48,957 bases of DNA. Source: a virus (lineage: Duplodnaviria > Caudoviricetes). This document shows positions 17,701-27,582 of this stretch, one piece after another. The stretch is from positions 1-48,957 of IMG/VR virus record IMGVR_UViG_3300043391_000466. One strand, given 5' to 3'. The notes under the pieces were generated by a model that saw nothing but the letters and a program-made list of their open reading frames with translations, made no database searches and was not told the origin of the DNA. How positions within the stretch are numbered: the stretch's first letter is position 1; each line of letters begins with the position of its first letter. A program made the translations under genes and the position numbers.

Positions 17701-20447
17701 GTATTATAAGGAATGATAGCATTATTAGCATCAGTTTTTCTGCGAATAACATATCCAACAAGTGGTGGGCGGGCATTAGCCTCAGTTTTAGGAATAACAT
17801 ATTTTAAACGATAAGTTCTATCAGCATTTCCCCTATCATCAGCAATTCTCTTAATATAAGAATTTTCTGTGTTTGAAACAGAAGGATTGCTATAAATTGA
17901 ATTTATATTACTACTGGTTAAAATTGGATGAATTTCATTTGTAATGTCTGCTCTTACTGAAATATACCAATTTGATCTTGCTGGGTTATAACGAAGTGGA
18001 GATTTCTGAATATTTCTATAGACTTTAATGGTGTTAACATCGCCAGATGTGGTAACAGGAATTGCAATAGCATTGTTTGCATTAGATTCACTATCTGCAA
18101 GTTTGAAGGTATAAGTATCAACTCTGATTACATAATATTCAGTGGTCAAACTTAAAGATTGTTCTCCGCCTCCAGTTTGAATTAATGGTAATGCACCAGT
18201 AGCAGTAACACCACCAATAACTCTACGCTTGAAGAATACTTTATCACCTGTTGCGAAACCGTGATTATAAGTTCCTGTAGAAAATGAATCTTGGTTTGCA
18301 TTTACAGAAATATCAAAACGGGGGAGTTCTGGATTAGTATCACTTACATATGATTTTACGGTAAGAGAAGCATTTAACGGAATTGAAGAACGGATATTTA
18401 CAATACTATTTGCAGCACCACCAGCACCTGCTCTGGCATCATCTGCAGAAGGAGCAATCTTAAATGAAGTATTTGTTACTTTAATTGCATAATAAAGTTT
18501 GTTAGCATCCATGCCCAATGGAAGATAACCCGTGCTACTATAAATTCTAATTGGGGTAGCAGTTTCAAAACTATTTGTAGACTGTGTAGTAAAAGTATCA
18601 GTTGTCCTATCTACAGCGGTAATATTATGAGATTCAATTCCACTTGGATTAATTGAAGCTTCATATTCTTCAATATTACCATTTGTTGGATTAGTAAGAT
18701 TTACATAAAATTTATCGGAAACTCTACCACCAATTTTATATTGATTAATATCAAATGCTGGTGTCTTATCTGGATTAGTTTGCTCATAAAGGTATAATTC
18801 AGATCCAACACTATTGGCAGTAATACCTATTCTAGATTTTTGAATATCAATAGGATAGTATGGTTCTTCAGTTTCAACTGTATCTAAACTTTGTGGAGGA
18901 ACAATATGTGAAATATAACCTTTCTTATCAAGTTCAAAGGCATCTGGACGGAAACCATCAGCAACCAATGCTTGTGTACCAAAGTTAGAGTTAGAGTTAG
19001 TGATGGAATAATCTCCACCAGATTCAATCAAATGCTGTTCGGCATATCCAACTGCGAACACAGAAACTGATTGAATGAATGCATTATTTGATACACGAAT
19101 GTGAAAGTTTCTCCAGTATTCTTTATAGAACACATAACCAGTAGAGTCTTGATGTAATGAAATAGCATCAGAGGCACCACTTTCTTGTACGAAACTTGGA
19201 TGAGGTGAAGTTGTTTCAGTAAACTTAACAAATGCACGATCATCTTTCTGAAGAGAAACCCCAGTGAACTGGGCAACAACCATAGATTTAAATCCAGTTA
19301 CCAGTTGTCCATCTGCCCACAGTCCACAGAGACCATAGGTAGAGCGCAATGAACAGTTGAAAATATATGGAGAGGATGAATCTACAGTATCAATTTCTGC
19401 CTTAACTACAGCATTTAAGAGATCTCCTGATGATACTGCACCAGCAGTGAAACCAACAGCAGTAATAGTAAATTGTGTTGATGAATTTACTCTAGTTACA
19501 TAATAAGTTCCGTTTAATCCAGCGTAAGTTCCTATAATACCAGCAAGAGTAATTTGCTGTCCTTCAAATACTTCATGAGAACCAGCGGTTGTAATTGTAG
19601 CTACACTACTAGTAATATTAATTGCACTTACTGATTTTTGACCAGATTGTTGAAGTGGTCCTACAATTCTATTTTCCTGTGCTCTTGAAGAAAGTTCACC
19701 AGAAGTTTCAGGGATTGATGGAAATGCTCTTGCCGCCTTCTGATAAAAAAGATCAAGATCAGTCTGATCAGCATAAGTAAAACAAGATACCTTATGGTGT
19801 GAATAACTTGCATCAATAGTTGTGGTAGCAGTAGGATATTGATATACTCCACCAAGACCAGACGAATCATTTTTTGACAGAGCGTCAAACATAGAGAACT
19901 GCCAGAAGTAACAAGCACCAGTTACTTTAAAAATAGAAGTTCTAAATAATCCCGCTCCTTCTGTCGGATTAGGCACATAACGAGGACGAACTCTAGTTTT
20001 TCTCAAATCCATACCAACGATGGATGTACCACGAGGAACTACAAGTCCGCCCTGACAAATGGTAGTTGTATTTCCATCTTTATCTTTGCCGATTGTTGAA
20101 GCAGCATTGAACTTATAAAGATCATTATTAGGATCAAGAATATCAAAATTTGATTGATCCGAAAGTTCTGATACTTCAGCAGCTGTAGCAACTCCTGGTC
20201 TGTTGTCAACAATATAATCGCCAGGAGCTATACTAATTGTAAACTGATCATACTTATCGTTATTTTGACCAGAAACATAAGAAAATCTTACTACTTCTAA
20301 TAACGCTCTCTGAATTGTCTTAAATGGTCTTGTCGGAGAGTTACCATTATTAGAAATTAAATCCGATGCATTAAAGTCATCAGAACTTACATAAATTATT
20401 CTTCCACTTCTAGAAGAAATCAAATTCGTTAATCTGGTTAATGCCAT
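14784..20447 (-). CDS. large tail fibre / virion structural protein with C-terminal tail-collar domain
   Basis: N-terminal GNSPTRPFKTIQRALLE typical of cyanophage fibres; C-terminal PVGVINMWSG...PKGWCLCDG...PDLRNKF collar and PPYYSLAYIFKL end. Confidence 0.88.
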   Translation of the reverse strand: MALTRLTNLISSRSGRIIYVSSDDFNASDLISNNGNSPTRPFKTIQRALLEVVRFSYVSGQNNDKYDQFTISIAPGDYIVDNRPGVATAAEVSELSDQSNFDILDPNNDLYKFNAASTIGKDKDGNTTTICQGGLVVPRGTSIVGMDLRKTRVRPRYVPNPTEGAGLFRTSIFKVTGACYFWQFSMFDALSKNDSSGLGGVYQYPTATTTIDASYSHHKVSCFTYADQTDLDLFYQKAARAFPSIPETSGELSSRAQENRIVGPLQQSGQKSVSAINITSSVATITTAGSHEVFEGQQITLAGIIGTYAGLNGTYYVTRVNSSTQFTITAVGFTAGAVSSGDLLNAVVKAEIDTVDSSSPYIFNCSLRSTYGLCGLWADGQLVTGFKSMVVAQFTGVSLQKDDRAFVKFTETTSPHPSFVQESGASDAISLHQDSTGYVFYKEYWRNFHIRVSNNAFIQSVSVFAVGYAEQHLIESGGDYSITNSNSNFGTQALVADGFRPDAFELDKKGYISHIVPPQSLDTVETEEPYYPIDIQKSRIGITANSVGSELYLYEQTNPDKTPAFDINQYKIGGRVSDKFYVNLTNPTNGNIEEYEASINPSGIESHNITAVDRTTDTFTTQSTNSFETATPIRIYSSTGYLPLGMDANKLYYAIKVTNTSFKIAPSADDARAGAGGAANSIVNIRSSIPLNASLTVKSYVSDTNPELPRFDISVNANQDSFSTGTYNHGFATGDKVFFKRRVIGGVTATGALPLIQTGGGEQSLSLTTEYYVIRVDTYTFKLADSESNANNAIAIPVTTSGDVNTIKVYRNIQKSPLRYNPARSNWYISVRADITNEIHPILTSSNINSIYSNPSVSNTENSYIKRIADDRGNADRTYRLKYVIPKTEANARPPLVGYVIRRKTDANNAIIPYNTATQSGQTAEFNRIYFIYKSDTILPHIYGEQDGVYYLTILLADIPTKGSQFNSATDEFGFLKYSQDVSKIYPDLDKDNPSSDPDSAISVSDNLVHGYVYQDNNRSSITKEAVSTFVTNTGYVPTLNSIGGKAVSGQENRLIPFSSTVPPIAVELRRSSQIRAGNQTFEYTGFGSGNYSTGFPSKQQKVLTDKEVLYSQAQRRRAGVVFYSGLNAYGDLYVGNQKINAVTGEVEILDKPILTLAGSTTAVENTEEYVAYNSGTKNVSIKGTLTTAGGASKTANAFNNESYFNEGIKVSTKAADSVNRALISHDFIYRPKVITVDTLFLNGNVKQTVLSYSNLRPSPGVEGTFKGDLYYKNTIDSTTRHEGYIYVGPKPDTSLVNNGWAQTGLVGVGHLISIEDSYTTVGDITTPEPYEVTGRFGINKVTPTGALHVGTGDSIFDNNVNIGGNIIIGQNATISGNTTISGNTTIRLDLAVNGCDITTTCTSFNLLNQPTTVTAFSAATTLNLAATTGTTTIKNNLQVDGDLRVSGTTTTVNSTTVTVKDPIFTLGGGTDNANLTLNDGKDRGIELKYYDSASKLGFVGWDNSAAKYVFLKDATNASEVFSGTDAEIQVGKITLTDAANAVNYNVDPFSTWNATTKTYTSATTNVNANFKSLIEKYSLPVGVINMWSGSLANIPKGWCLCDGTTKTDRDGNSVTVPDLRNKFIVAAGSTYAVGATGGSTSQTVNTGNNSQTPTASLSGTGTVEGRALTRQEIPPHQHGMNHFHDIQFDSQPFNQVYRDITTLLGEHEPLSTAGGAPGIALSEITGITASGLVTSYVNHGSFRNAVFGDEMRSPDGPAVPTVTGGSNRTSNRMTNGPSGSSGGSTLRVLPPWNNFSIINLNAGGPVYDGWGSVWTGSGTQRDLGVFNDLGAGPVASQTDGTTWVANSHNHGFSNNFSVSLSNTTHTHSVTVDTIPPYYSLAYIFKL

Positions 20448-20476
20448 CGGATATTATTAATAAGGAAGTACTTCTT

Positions 20477-20490
20477 GGTTATTTATAACC
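20477..20490 (-). promoter_or_regulatory. T4-type late promoter
   Basis: TATAAATA (minus, 20480-20487) within a GGTTAT-tt-ATAACC inverted repeat, 33 nt upstream of the fibre ATG. Confidence 0.8.
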
Positions 20491-20525
20491 AGAAAAAAAG
20501 ATCAGCATTGAAGTAATTAACTAAG

Positions 20526-20597
20526 AGCCCCCGATCTGATTCGAACAGACGACCAGCGGTTTACAAAACCGCTGCTCTACCACTGAGCTACAAGGGC
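20526..20597 (-). tRNA. tRNA-Thr(UGU)
   Basis: GCCCTTG acceptor, TAGCTCAGTGGTAGAGC D-arm, GCGGT-TT-TGT-AA-ACCGC, GTTCGAATC; no encoded CCA. Confidence 0.95.
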
Positions 20598-20601
20598 AGG
20601 T

Positions 20602-20871
20602 TTATTGGAGAATATCTGGAAGAATGCTCTCTGGGTCTAATTCTACACTATTTAACAGAGGATGTAAACCCTCTTCTAAAAGATAAGCAGATTTTTGATG
20701 AATATATTCAATTGATAAAGTAGGCCAATGAATTGCTTCTTCAACAATTGCCTCTTCCTGCTTGATCATATCATCTAAAATGTCAAATGTAAAGGGAGTG
20801 TCGTTTAAAAAATAAACTTTAACAATTCCTTCTGAATCAGTTACAATATGTCTGGCAGTAATTTTATACAT
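20602..20871 (-). CDS. conserved cyanophage hypothetical protein
   Basis: Start MYKITAR, TAATG-coupled to speD; SAYLLEEGLHP pattern. Confidence 0.8.
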   Translation of the reverse strand: MYKITARHIVTDSEGIVKVYFLNDTPFTFDILDDMIKQEEAIVEEAIHWPTLSIEYIHQKSAYLLEEGLHPLLNSVELDPESILPDILQ

Positions 20872-21215
20872 TATCGTTCTATGCATTTGGTATTATGATT
20901 TTTAGATCCCAATGCCAATATCATATGAAGCATAGCAATTTCTGGATTTGTTTCACCACACGTAAAAACATCTAGAGCGGCAGAACCGTTCTCTGGCCAA
21001 GTATGAATGCTAATATGACTTTCTGACAATAATGCCACGATTGTAATACCCTGAGGACTGAATTTATGAGAAGAAATTTCCAACAACGTCAGTTCTGTTT
21101 TATTTATTGCAGCAATAATTTGTTCTTTCAGAAATTCCTCATCATTCAATAATTTGTGATCACAACCATATGCTTCAGTAAAACAATGCTTGCCAAGTTT
21201 AATTTTTACTTCCAA
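20871..21215 (-). CDS. speD: S-adenosylmethionine decarboxylase proenzyme family
   Basis: GKH, FSPQGIT, LSESHISIHTWPE pyruvoyl cleavage motif, DVFTCG; TTG start with GGAGG SD. Confidence 0.92.
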   Translation of the reverse strand: MEVKIKLGKHCFTEAYGCDHKLLNDEEFLKEQIIAAINKTELTLLEISSHKFSPQGITIVALLSESHISIHTWPENGSAALDVFTCGETNPEIAMLHMILALGSKNHNTKCIER

Positions 21216-21229
21216 GTCATTGTCCTCCT

Positions 21230-22447
21230 TTAGTTAAGATTGATTTTAATTGCCTTTCCCGTAATCTGTGTTGTTGCTATCATCTCGATCATACCTTTAG
21301 CGCCAGCTGCCGAAACACGAATAGAACCACCCAAATTTGATAGTAATACATTATTTGTAGGTGATGGTCCAGCACTAATTGCAATATCACCTTTTGCTAA
21401 GGTTGCCATTGTAATATTACCTTTTGTTGTACTTTCGACAGAAAATGCTGTTCCTTTTTTACCAGCTGCTAAAATTTTAGTAATACTTGCTCCTAAGGTT
21501 ATTTGTGTGGCATCATTACCTTCTCCGAGATTTAATGGAGAAGGTAAAATAAAAGTTGATCGGTTTCCGACAATTTTTTGTTGTAATGCGTCTGTTTGAA
21601 CTGGATACCCCATAGCAGCACCAGGACCGCCAAGAACTCCAAGAACTTTTTTAAGAGGGTTGTTATTGACTTTCAATAACATCTTACCATCGACTTCCAA
21701 CACATAATCATAACCAACTTTATGAACCAATGAACCAACAGTTTCAGTTGTAGTAATATGTTGTGAAGGTAATGTTGGTTCTGCTATAGCAATTTTTTGC
21801 TGTTGATTAATTTCGCCGTGATTTATAATATTTTTAGAACTACTTACAGTTTCTTTATAAGTTACTGTAGATAATTCATAAACACCAGTAGATATAGTAA
21901 ATTTACCACTTCCAACGCCCTTTGATAATTCACCAATAATAGGATCTTTTGAACCAGTGTTCATACTAATCTGACCACCAGCATTGAAAATCATATCACC
22001 AGGACATCTAAATTCTATATTTTTAGCAGAGGTAATATAAACACCACCCTTACCATTTGATTTGATGACAATATCACCGACTGCTGCAATTTCAACACTT
22101 TTTTCATCATCAGAACCACCCTTACCACCACCAGTTTTTTTATGTCCATTTGCAGAAATAAGAATATTATGTCCAGCAGTTATTTGTGTATAACCCGTTG
22201 ACTTAATATCAAGAAATCCTAAATTTGGAGCAGCATCTGAATTACTTGCCTGAATAAGTACAGACCCATCTTCTTGCCAGCGAATTTTTGATGATCTCCA
22301 GTGACGCATCTCATAACTGCAATCTTTTGGAGTGGAGATATCAACAATTTGAAAGTTACTATCAGTTACTATGGTATGACATTGATTACTAAATTCAGTA
22401 ACTTTAGTTTCCGCATCAAGGCTTTGTCTAATATCTTGTGATGACAT
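21230..22447 (-). CDS. gp5 C-terminal-like baseplate spike protein (beta-helical)
   Basis: Repeating short I/G-rich beta strands ending KINLN; follows the gp5-like gene. Confidence 0.6.
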   Translation of the reverse strand: MSSQDIRQSLDAETKVTEFSNQCHTIVTDSNFQIVDISTPKDCSYEMRHWRSSKIRWQEDGSVLIQASNSDAAPNLGFLDIKSTGYTQITAGHNILISANGHKKTGGGKGGSDDEKSVEIAAVGDIVIKSNGKGGVYITSAKNIEFRCPGDMIFNAGGQISMNTGSKDPIIGELSKGVGSGKFTISTGVYELSTVTYKETVSSSKNIINHGEINQQQKIAIAEPTLPSQHITTTETVGSLVHKVGYDYVLEVDGKMLLKVNNNPLKKVLGVLGGPGAAMGYPVQTDALQQKIVGNRSTFILPSPLNLGEGNDATQITLGASITKILAAGKKGTAFSVESTTKGNITMATLAKGDIAISAGPSPTNNVLLSNLGGSIRVSAAGAKGMIEMIATTQITGKAIKINLN

Positions 22448-22448
22448 A

Positions 22449-25400
22449 TTAAGGGCAATCCACTACTCTAACTGTACCAAGTTTACTGGTATTATATTTA
22501 TTGACCACATTAAGGTACTCATCATTAACTGTAGCACAATCTACGTGTTTTAGTACTGCGATAGCAGATGCACCAAAACCGTCAGTGCCAATGATATCAA
22601 TTCTAGGAATTCTGTCGAATACTTTACCTTGAGGATTAGTAACCCTAATTTCTACTACACGACCATTCTCATCAATAGCAGCTGAAGCAATCGTATCATC
22701 ATCATTTACATAAACTTTAGGAGAAGTTTCATAATAACCGCCAGGAGTTATTAGTTCAATACTTTCAAGAATTCCGCAAAGTCCAGTATTAACTGTTGGG
22801 GCATATCCAGAGCCCTTTGCCTTGACAATAATTTTTATAAGATAACCATTCTCATCCAATTCTGCCCTAGCAACTGCACCAAAACCGTCACCGCTAATTG
22901 GAATTAGTGGTGGATACTTATATTGGGGTAGATCATCTGGAATTGGTACAGATGAAATTCCACCATCTGGATCAACCACTGGTATAATTATAAAAACATC
23001 ATCGAGATCTGGTGCTGGCACTGGATCTATTGATATACCAGATGGAACTGTTGGAGTTGTAGTTCCAGAAGATGTAGTTCCAGAAGATGTAGTTCCAGAA
23101 GGTGTTGTAGTAACTCCAGAAGGTGTTTGCGGAATTATTAATGTGGTAGCAACACAATAAGAGCCACTAGGAACTACTGGAATGCCAGTAGATGTTGGCG
23201 TTGTTCCACTATAAACAATAACTGTAGTTCCTGATGCAGCCACTGGAGAACATTCAACAGTGGTTAAAAATACTCCAGAAGAAGTAACACCAATATAAGA
23301 TTGATCAGATATTGCTGAAATCATAGGTGAACCTGAAGTAACCGTAATTGGAACACCACTAATCACACATCTATAATATTCTTCATCGTTGATTAGATAA
23401 GACAGTGGATTAATTGTTAATGTTGGTGAGGTTGCTCCAGAAAATGTTGTAGAGGTTGTTGTTGATACGGGAGATGTAGTCCATCCCGAAAGAGTATATG
23501 TAACACCACTAACTACAAAAGTATTAATAAGACCATATGAAGTTACTTTTTTCAATACTGTAGTTGTATATAATCCATTCAAAACATTTGTCCATCCAGA
23601 TGAAGGACTATAAGTTCTTTGCCACTGATAATTTAATGTATAACCAGGAACTGTAGTTTTCGCAATCAATCCTAAGTTTAATGGGATTTTATCAGGTTGT
23701 ACAATGCAGCTTGGTGGTTGGGAAGTTATAATAATTTCTGGAAGACAAGTTGATACAATTGGACTTAATATTCCAGAAGGAGTAGTAGTAGTTTGTCCAG
23801 ATGGTGTAGTATTTGATGCTGGAACTAAACCATAATTGATAGTAGCAATAAATTTTAATCCGTTTCCTGCCGAAGTAGATGAACTATATCCAGTTCCACC
23901 AAGATTTGTAGTCATACCATCTGGAACAGTTTCATCTGTAATCTTAACGCCAAATTGTAAAACTGTATTTGTCAAACCAGGAATTGCTGTAGTTCGTACT
24001 GCAAAAATAGCAGATGATTGGTCGGGAAGAAACTCAATCAATCCCTGCCCGCCACTATAATTAACACCATCAACAGCATTTATTGGATAAGTTTCGCATT
24101 TAATACGAGAATATTCTGTATCAGTTGGTGCCCTAGTAATTATAAATTCTGCGCTATTACCAGCAACAATACTTATGTCGGAAGAGTTATAAATGATATT
24201 TCCATAGCTTACTCCAAGTGATGGTGGTGCTACATCAGGATTTATAATAACTGCTGGTAGCGCAAAGGTAATTTGCCCCTGTTCCGTATTTAAATTACTA
24301 GAAGTACTTGCAAGATTTGCTCCTGGATATTGTACAGTATTTAAATCATCAGTACTTCTAAAGATACCTACTGTATAAGTGACGTTATCAGTTAAACTAT
24401 CAATAGGAGCATTTACTTTAGATGGAACTGATACAGTAATTTTTGTAACTCCTACTGGGAATATAATTTTCTTAGATACAATAATATTACCAGCAATTGG
24501 AAGTGTTCTATCCAAAGTATTAGGATCACTGCAAAAATCTGTGGTATTTAAAGTAATATCTCTGTCTAAATCTCCTCCAGAAGATAATCCAGGAGTAATT
24601 CCAACAACTCTTGCAGTATCACCAGATTTTAAATATGCAACAAAATTAATAACACCAGCACCTAGACCGTTATTTCTACTAATTTCAAATGATTGAGTGG
24701 AACCAGTAGGAACACTACTTGAAGTTGCTAATATCCTATAAACTGCATCATATTTGTCTTGTCTGCTACCAAAAACAACTGCTGCAGTTGGATTTGTTAA
24801 ACTATTACAAAAACCATCAATTGTTGAAGCAACATTGCTATTCAGTAATCCATTTGCGGTGTTAAATGCTCTTGCTAATGTTGGATTATCAATATTACGA
24901 GAAGAAGCACTAGTAACACCAAGTTCAGTTCCAACTGTATAATTTGCTGCCTGAGCAGATGCAAGATCAATTCCAGAACTTATACTTTGAAGTCCTGTCA
25001 ATCCAGCATTTAATGTTTTCTTCAATCCAGACGGAAATCCATATTCACCAGGACTGTTGAATTTATTAATGAAAGATTTTTCTCCCGATACAGTACAATC
25101 ACCAGCGCCACCGCATTTAATTCCAAGAAAATCAAGAACAGCAGCAATTGCCTCTCCAATCAGGTCACCAAATCCACCAATTATTCCAGCAATAGCAGAA
25201 ATTGATGATATTATACTGTTCATTAATGCCATAACTTCATTCAGAATTTCATTCAAAATCCCATCAACTAAACTATCCAGACATCCAAAGACAGCATTAA
25301 TTGCAGTATCAATAAGAGAATCAAACAAACTGCTGAGCATATTTGTAATCATCTTCTCAATATCACCGAAACTACAAGCAATTTTTTGTAATGCAGATTC

Positions 25401-26192
25401 AATAGCTGTGTTCAGGGCTTTAGTGATACCTTTAATTGGTTGTAAAATTAATTTAAGTAATTTATCAATTGCCTTTTTTATATATTTTGTAATAATTGCT
25501 TTAATCCATCCTATTGCACTACGAAAGATACCAGTAATAGCAGCAATATATTTTTGAATATGACCAGTAATTTCAAACAGTTCTCCAGTATATTTGCTGA
25601 CAAATTTACTACCAATTTTACCATTAGTATCTTGAATTATTTTAAGAAAATCAGCAATATTTGCAGTAAAACCATCTTTAATTCTTCCAGATTCACCACA
25701 CTTATCTGCATTACCTACTGCAGTACCATTATCTTGATTATAAGTAGAACCCGTAATTACCTTATAACAACCATTATCTGCAGATGCAACACTTTGTTGA
25801 TTTTTATTAACAGGAACTGGTGATACTACAGAAGTATTTAATAAAGAACTGACTGCTTCTTGTGCAAATTTTTCTTTACTTGCAAATACAGCAGAAGGAG
25901 CTGGGGCAGTGCGAACAATTGTATAGTTTTGATTTTCATATAAAACACTAACAAAATCACCTCTTTTATATCTCGGATTATCATTACCAATAATTCCAGT
26001 TTGTCCCATATGACTTCGTAAAGTGGACGCACATGGTAAAGCAGCATTTTTAGTAAAATTATCTCCATCAGAATTCTTCTCATCAAGATCACAATATCCG
26101 TGATGAGCCAATACTCTTACTTTAAATCGTGAAGGATCATTTCCACAATTAACATCAACGATAAATCCTAAAAGTTCTATTTTATCTGTCAT
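22449..26192 (-). CDS. gp5-like baseplate hub subunit with Ig/Calx-beta-like repeats
   Basis: N-terminal RFKVRVLAHH OB-fold-like segment, amphipathic helical region, Calx-like and S/T/G-rich segments, C-terminal VRVVDCP as in cyanophage gp5. Confidence 0.7.
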   Translation of the reverse strand: MTDKIELLGFIVDVNCGNDPSRFKVRVLAHHGYCDLDEKNSDGDNFTKNAALPCASTLRSHMGQTGIIGNDNPRYKRGDFVSVLYENQNYTIVRTAPAPSAVFASKEKFAQEAVSSLLNTSVVSPVPVNKNQQSVASADNGCYKVITGSTYNQDNGTAVGNADKCGESGRIKDGFTANIADFLKIIQDTNGKIGSKFVSKYTGELFEITGHIQKYIAAITGIFRSAIGWIKAIITKYIKKAIDKLLKLILQPIKGITKALNTAIESALQKIACSFGDIEKMITNMLSSLFDSLIDTAINAVFGCLDSLVDGILNEILNEVMALMNSIISSISAIAGIIGGFGDLIGEAIAAVLDFLGIKCGGAGDCTVSGEKSFINKFNSPGEYGFPSGLKKTLNAGLTGLQSISSGIDLASAQAANYTVGTELGVTSASSRNIDNPTLARAFNTANGLLNSNVASTIDGFCNSLTNPTAAVVFGSRQDKYDAVYRILATSSSVPTGSTQSFEISRNNGLGAGVINFVAYLKSGDTARVVGITPGLSSGGDLDRDITLNTTDFCSDPNTLDRTLPIAGNIIVSKKIIFPVGVTKITVSVPSKVNAPIDSLTDNVTYTVGIFRSTDDLNTVQYPGANLASTSSNLNTEQGQITFALPAVIINPDVAPPSLGVSYGNIIYNSSDISIVAGNSAEFIITRAPTDTEYSRIKCETYPINAVDGVNYSGGQGLIEFLPDQSSAIFAVRTTAIPGLTNTVLQFGVKITDETVPDGMTTNLGGTGYSSSTSAGNGLKFIATINYGLVPASNTTPSGQTTTTPSGILSPIVSTCLPEIIITSQPPSCIVQPDKIPLNLGLIAKTTVPGYTLNYQWQRTYSPSSGWTNVLNGLYTTTVLKKVTSYGLINTFVVSGVTYTLSGWTTSPVSTTTSTTFSGATSPTLTINPLSYLINDEEYYRCVISGVPITVTSGSPMISAISDQSYIGVTSSGVFLTTVECSPVAASGTTVIVYSGTTPTSTGIPVVPSGSYCVATTLIIPQTPSGVTTTPSGTTSSGTTSSGTTTPTVPSGISIDPVPAPDLDDVFIIIPVVDPDGGISSVPIPDDLPQYKYPPLIPISGDGFGAVARAELDENGYLIKIIVKAKGSGYAPTVNTGLCGILESIELITPGGYYETSPKVYVNDDDTIASAAIDENGRVVEIRVTNPQGKVFDRIPRIDIIGTDGFGASAIAVLKHVDCATVNDEYLNVVNKYNTSKLGTVRVVDCP

Positions 26193-26195
26193 TTA

Positions 26196-27581
26196 TTATG
26201 TACTTTGTTTAATCTGGGTAATTTCTAAATCCGTAAAGATATTTTTGATATCTTCTAATCTATGTGATACTCTCACAACTAGATATATTCCTGTGTATTT
26301 ATTATCAGTTTGTGTAAGGTTAGAACCATCACCTTGAATAGTCGGAACTTCTACAAATATATGATCACCAGCAGAAATTGAAAGATTTCCAGGAACTCTA
26401 ATACTTGATACTTTAGTTCTTAATCCCTCAAGTATAGCAGAATAATTAAGAGAAGTCAATGCTGGGTGAGTTGGTTCGGATTTTAATTGACTACTATCAC
26501 AAGCAATCATATATTCAATTTGATACTCTGATTGATGCAAGTACTCAGTCATATTAAAACTATCATCAAATAAAGTTTTTATACATTTATCTGCAATTGT
26601 TTCTGCAACTGACTCAATTTTTTTATAAACATTTCTTGTGGTATCAAGCAAATATTTTCCTGGTTTGCCTCTACTTCCACTAGTAATTTCTTGAATTACA
26701 TCAGAAGTATTTGCATCATCATTAAACTTATACTGTAGAATTCTTTGCGATGCTTCAGATTCAACTGTTTGACTATCATTTACAATTGAAACTTTAAAAA
26801 GATGATCTGTGGGAATATCAGCTGGATTAGTTAATAGTTTAGCAATTGAAATGAAATTATACTTATCATAAGTTTCCCAGAATAGATATCCAGATGCACC
26901 CTTTTCTACCTTATCACTTGCAGATTTTCCAGATCCAGATAATTCCAATGAAGTTGCTTTTCTGCAACATTCTGCTATAAATTCAAATGGTCTCAATCCA
27001 TTTCCAGTAATTTTTTTAACGGGTTTGGTTTTTTCTGTGGTTATATTACTAACATCTTTTTTACTATTAATAACTTTAGTCAAGACATCATTGATTGGGA
27101 CATTATATTCAATTGAACCATCATTATTATCTGGCGGCCAAGAAGTATAGATATTTGTATGAGTTGAACAGAGAGCATCACGATTCATTAATTCAATTTC
27201 ATAGATTTGCTTTTTACCTTGAACTAACTGGTTAGCAATTCTAGAAACATAAAAACAGTTAGTGTCACTAAAGTTCATTTGGTTTTTCGGACGTTGATAA
27301 TCCTTTCCTTTGGAGGGATCGTTGAATTCAATTTCTACTGCACAAAGATTTCTAATTCCACATCCGCCGAATGCTTTTTGAAGAACACCAGCAGAATCAA
27401 AGATTGTAAGGCGAGCAAAAATAAATGAATCATAAATTGATTCATAATAACTGAAAGAAATTATATCAGGAATTTCTTCGGGTGTTCCCATTGGGGTCAA
27501 TTCAGTTATTTTTTTAACTTTAGGAATATCATAAACTTTTACACTTATGGGTCTTCCCTCTTTTACATTAATTGCTGTCAT
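26196..27581 (-). CDS. baseplate hub protein (gp27-like)
   Basis: FSYYESI, YLFWET..YNFISI, IRVPGNLSISAGD and YTGIYLV..VSH motifs. Confidence 0.75.
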   Translation of the reverse strand: MTAINVKEGRPISVKVYDIPKVKKITELTPMGTPEEIPDIISFSYYESIYDSFIFARLTIFDSAGVLQKAFGGCGIRNLCAVEIEFNDPSKGKDYQRPKNQMNFSDTNCFYVSRIANQLVQGKKQIYEIELMNRDALCSTHTNIYTSWPPDNNDGSIEYNVPINDVLTKVINSKKDVSNITTEKTKPVKKITGNGLRPFEFIAECCRKATSLELSGSGKSASDKVEKGASGYLFWETYDKYNFISIAKLLTNPADIPTDHLFKVSIVNDSQTVESEASQRILQYKFNDDANTSDVIQEITSGSRGKPGKYLLDTTRNVYKKIESVAETIADKCIKTLFDDSFNMTEYLHQSEYQIEYMIACDSSQLKSEPTHPALTSLNYSAILEGLRTKVSSIRVPGNLSISAGDHIFVEVPTIQGDGSNLTQTDNKYTGIYLVVRVSHRLEDIKNIFTDLEITQIKQST

Positions 27582-27582
27582 T

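Noticed and set aside
10561-20597. Stop-codon reassignment or suppressor tRNAs
   Set aside because: Both tRNAs are sense decoders (Ser UGA anticodon reads UCA; Thr UGU), and genes end normally with TAA, TGA and TAG.
23061-23125. 15-nt tandem repeats (agttccagaagatgt), plus 18-nt repeats near 16290-16326 and 12-nt repeats near 32426-32460, as possible CRISPR or contingency loci
   Set aside because: In-frame coding repeats (SGTTS, ISGNTT, ILNP) with no unique spacers and no cas genes.
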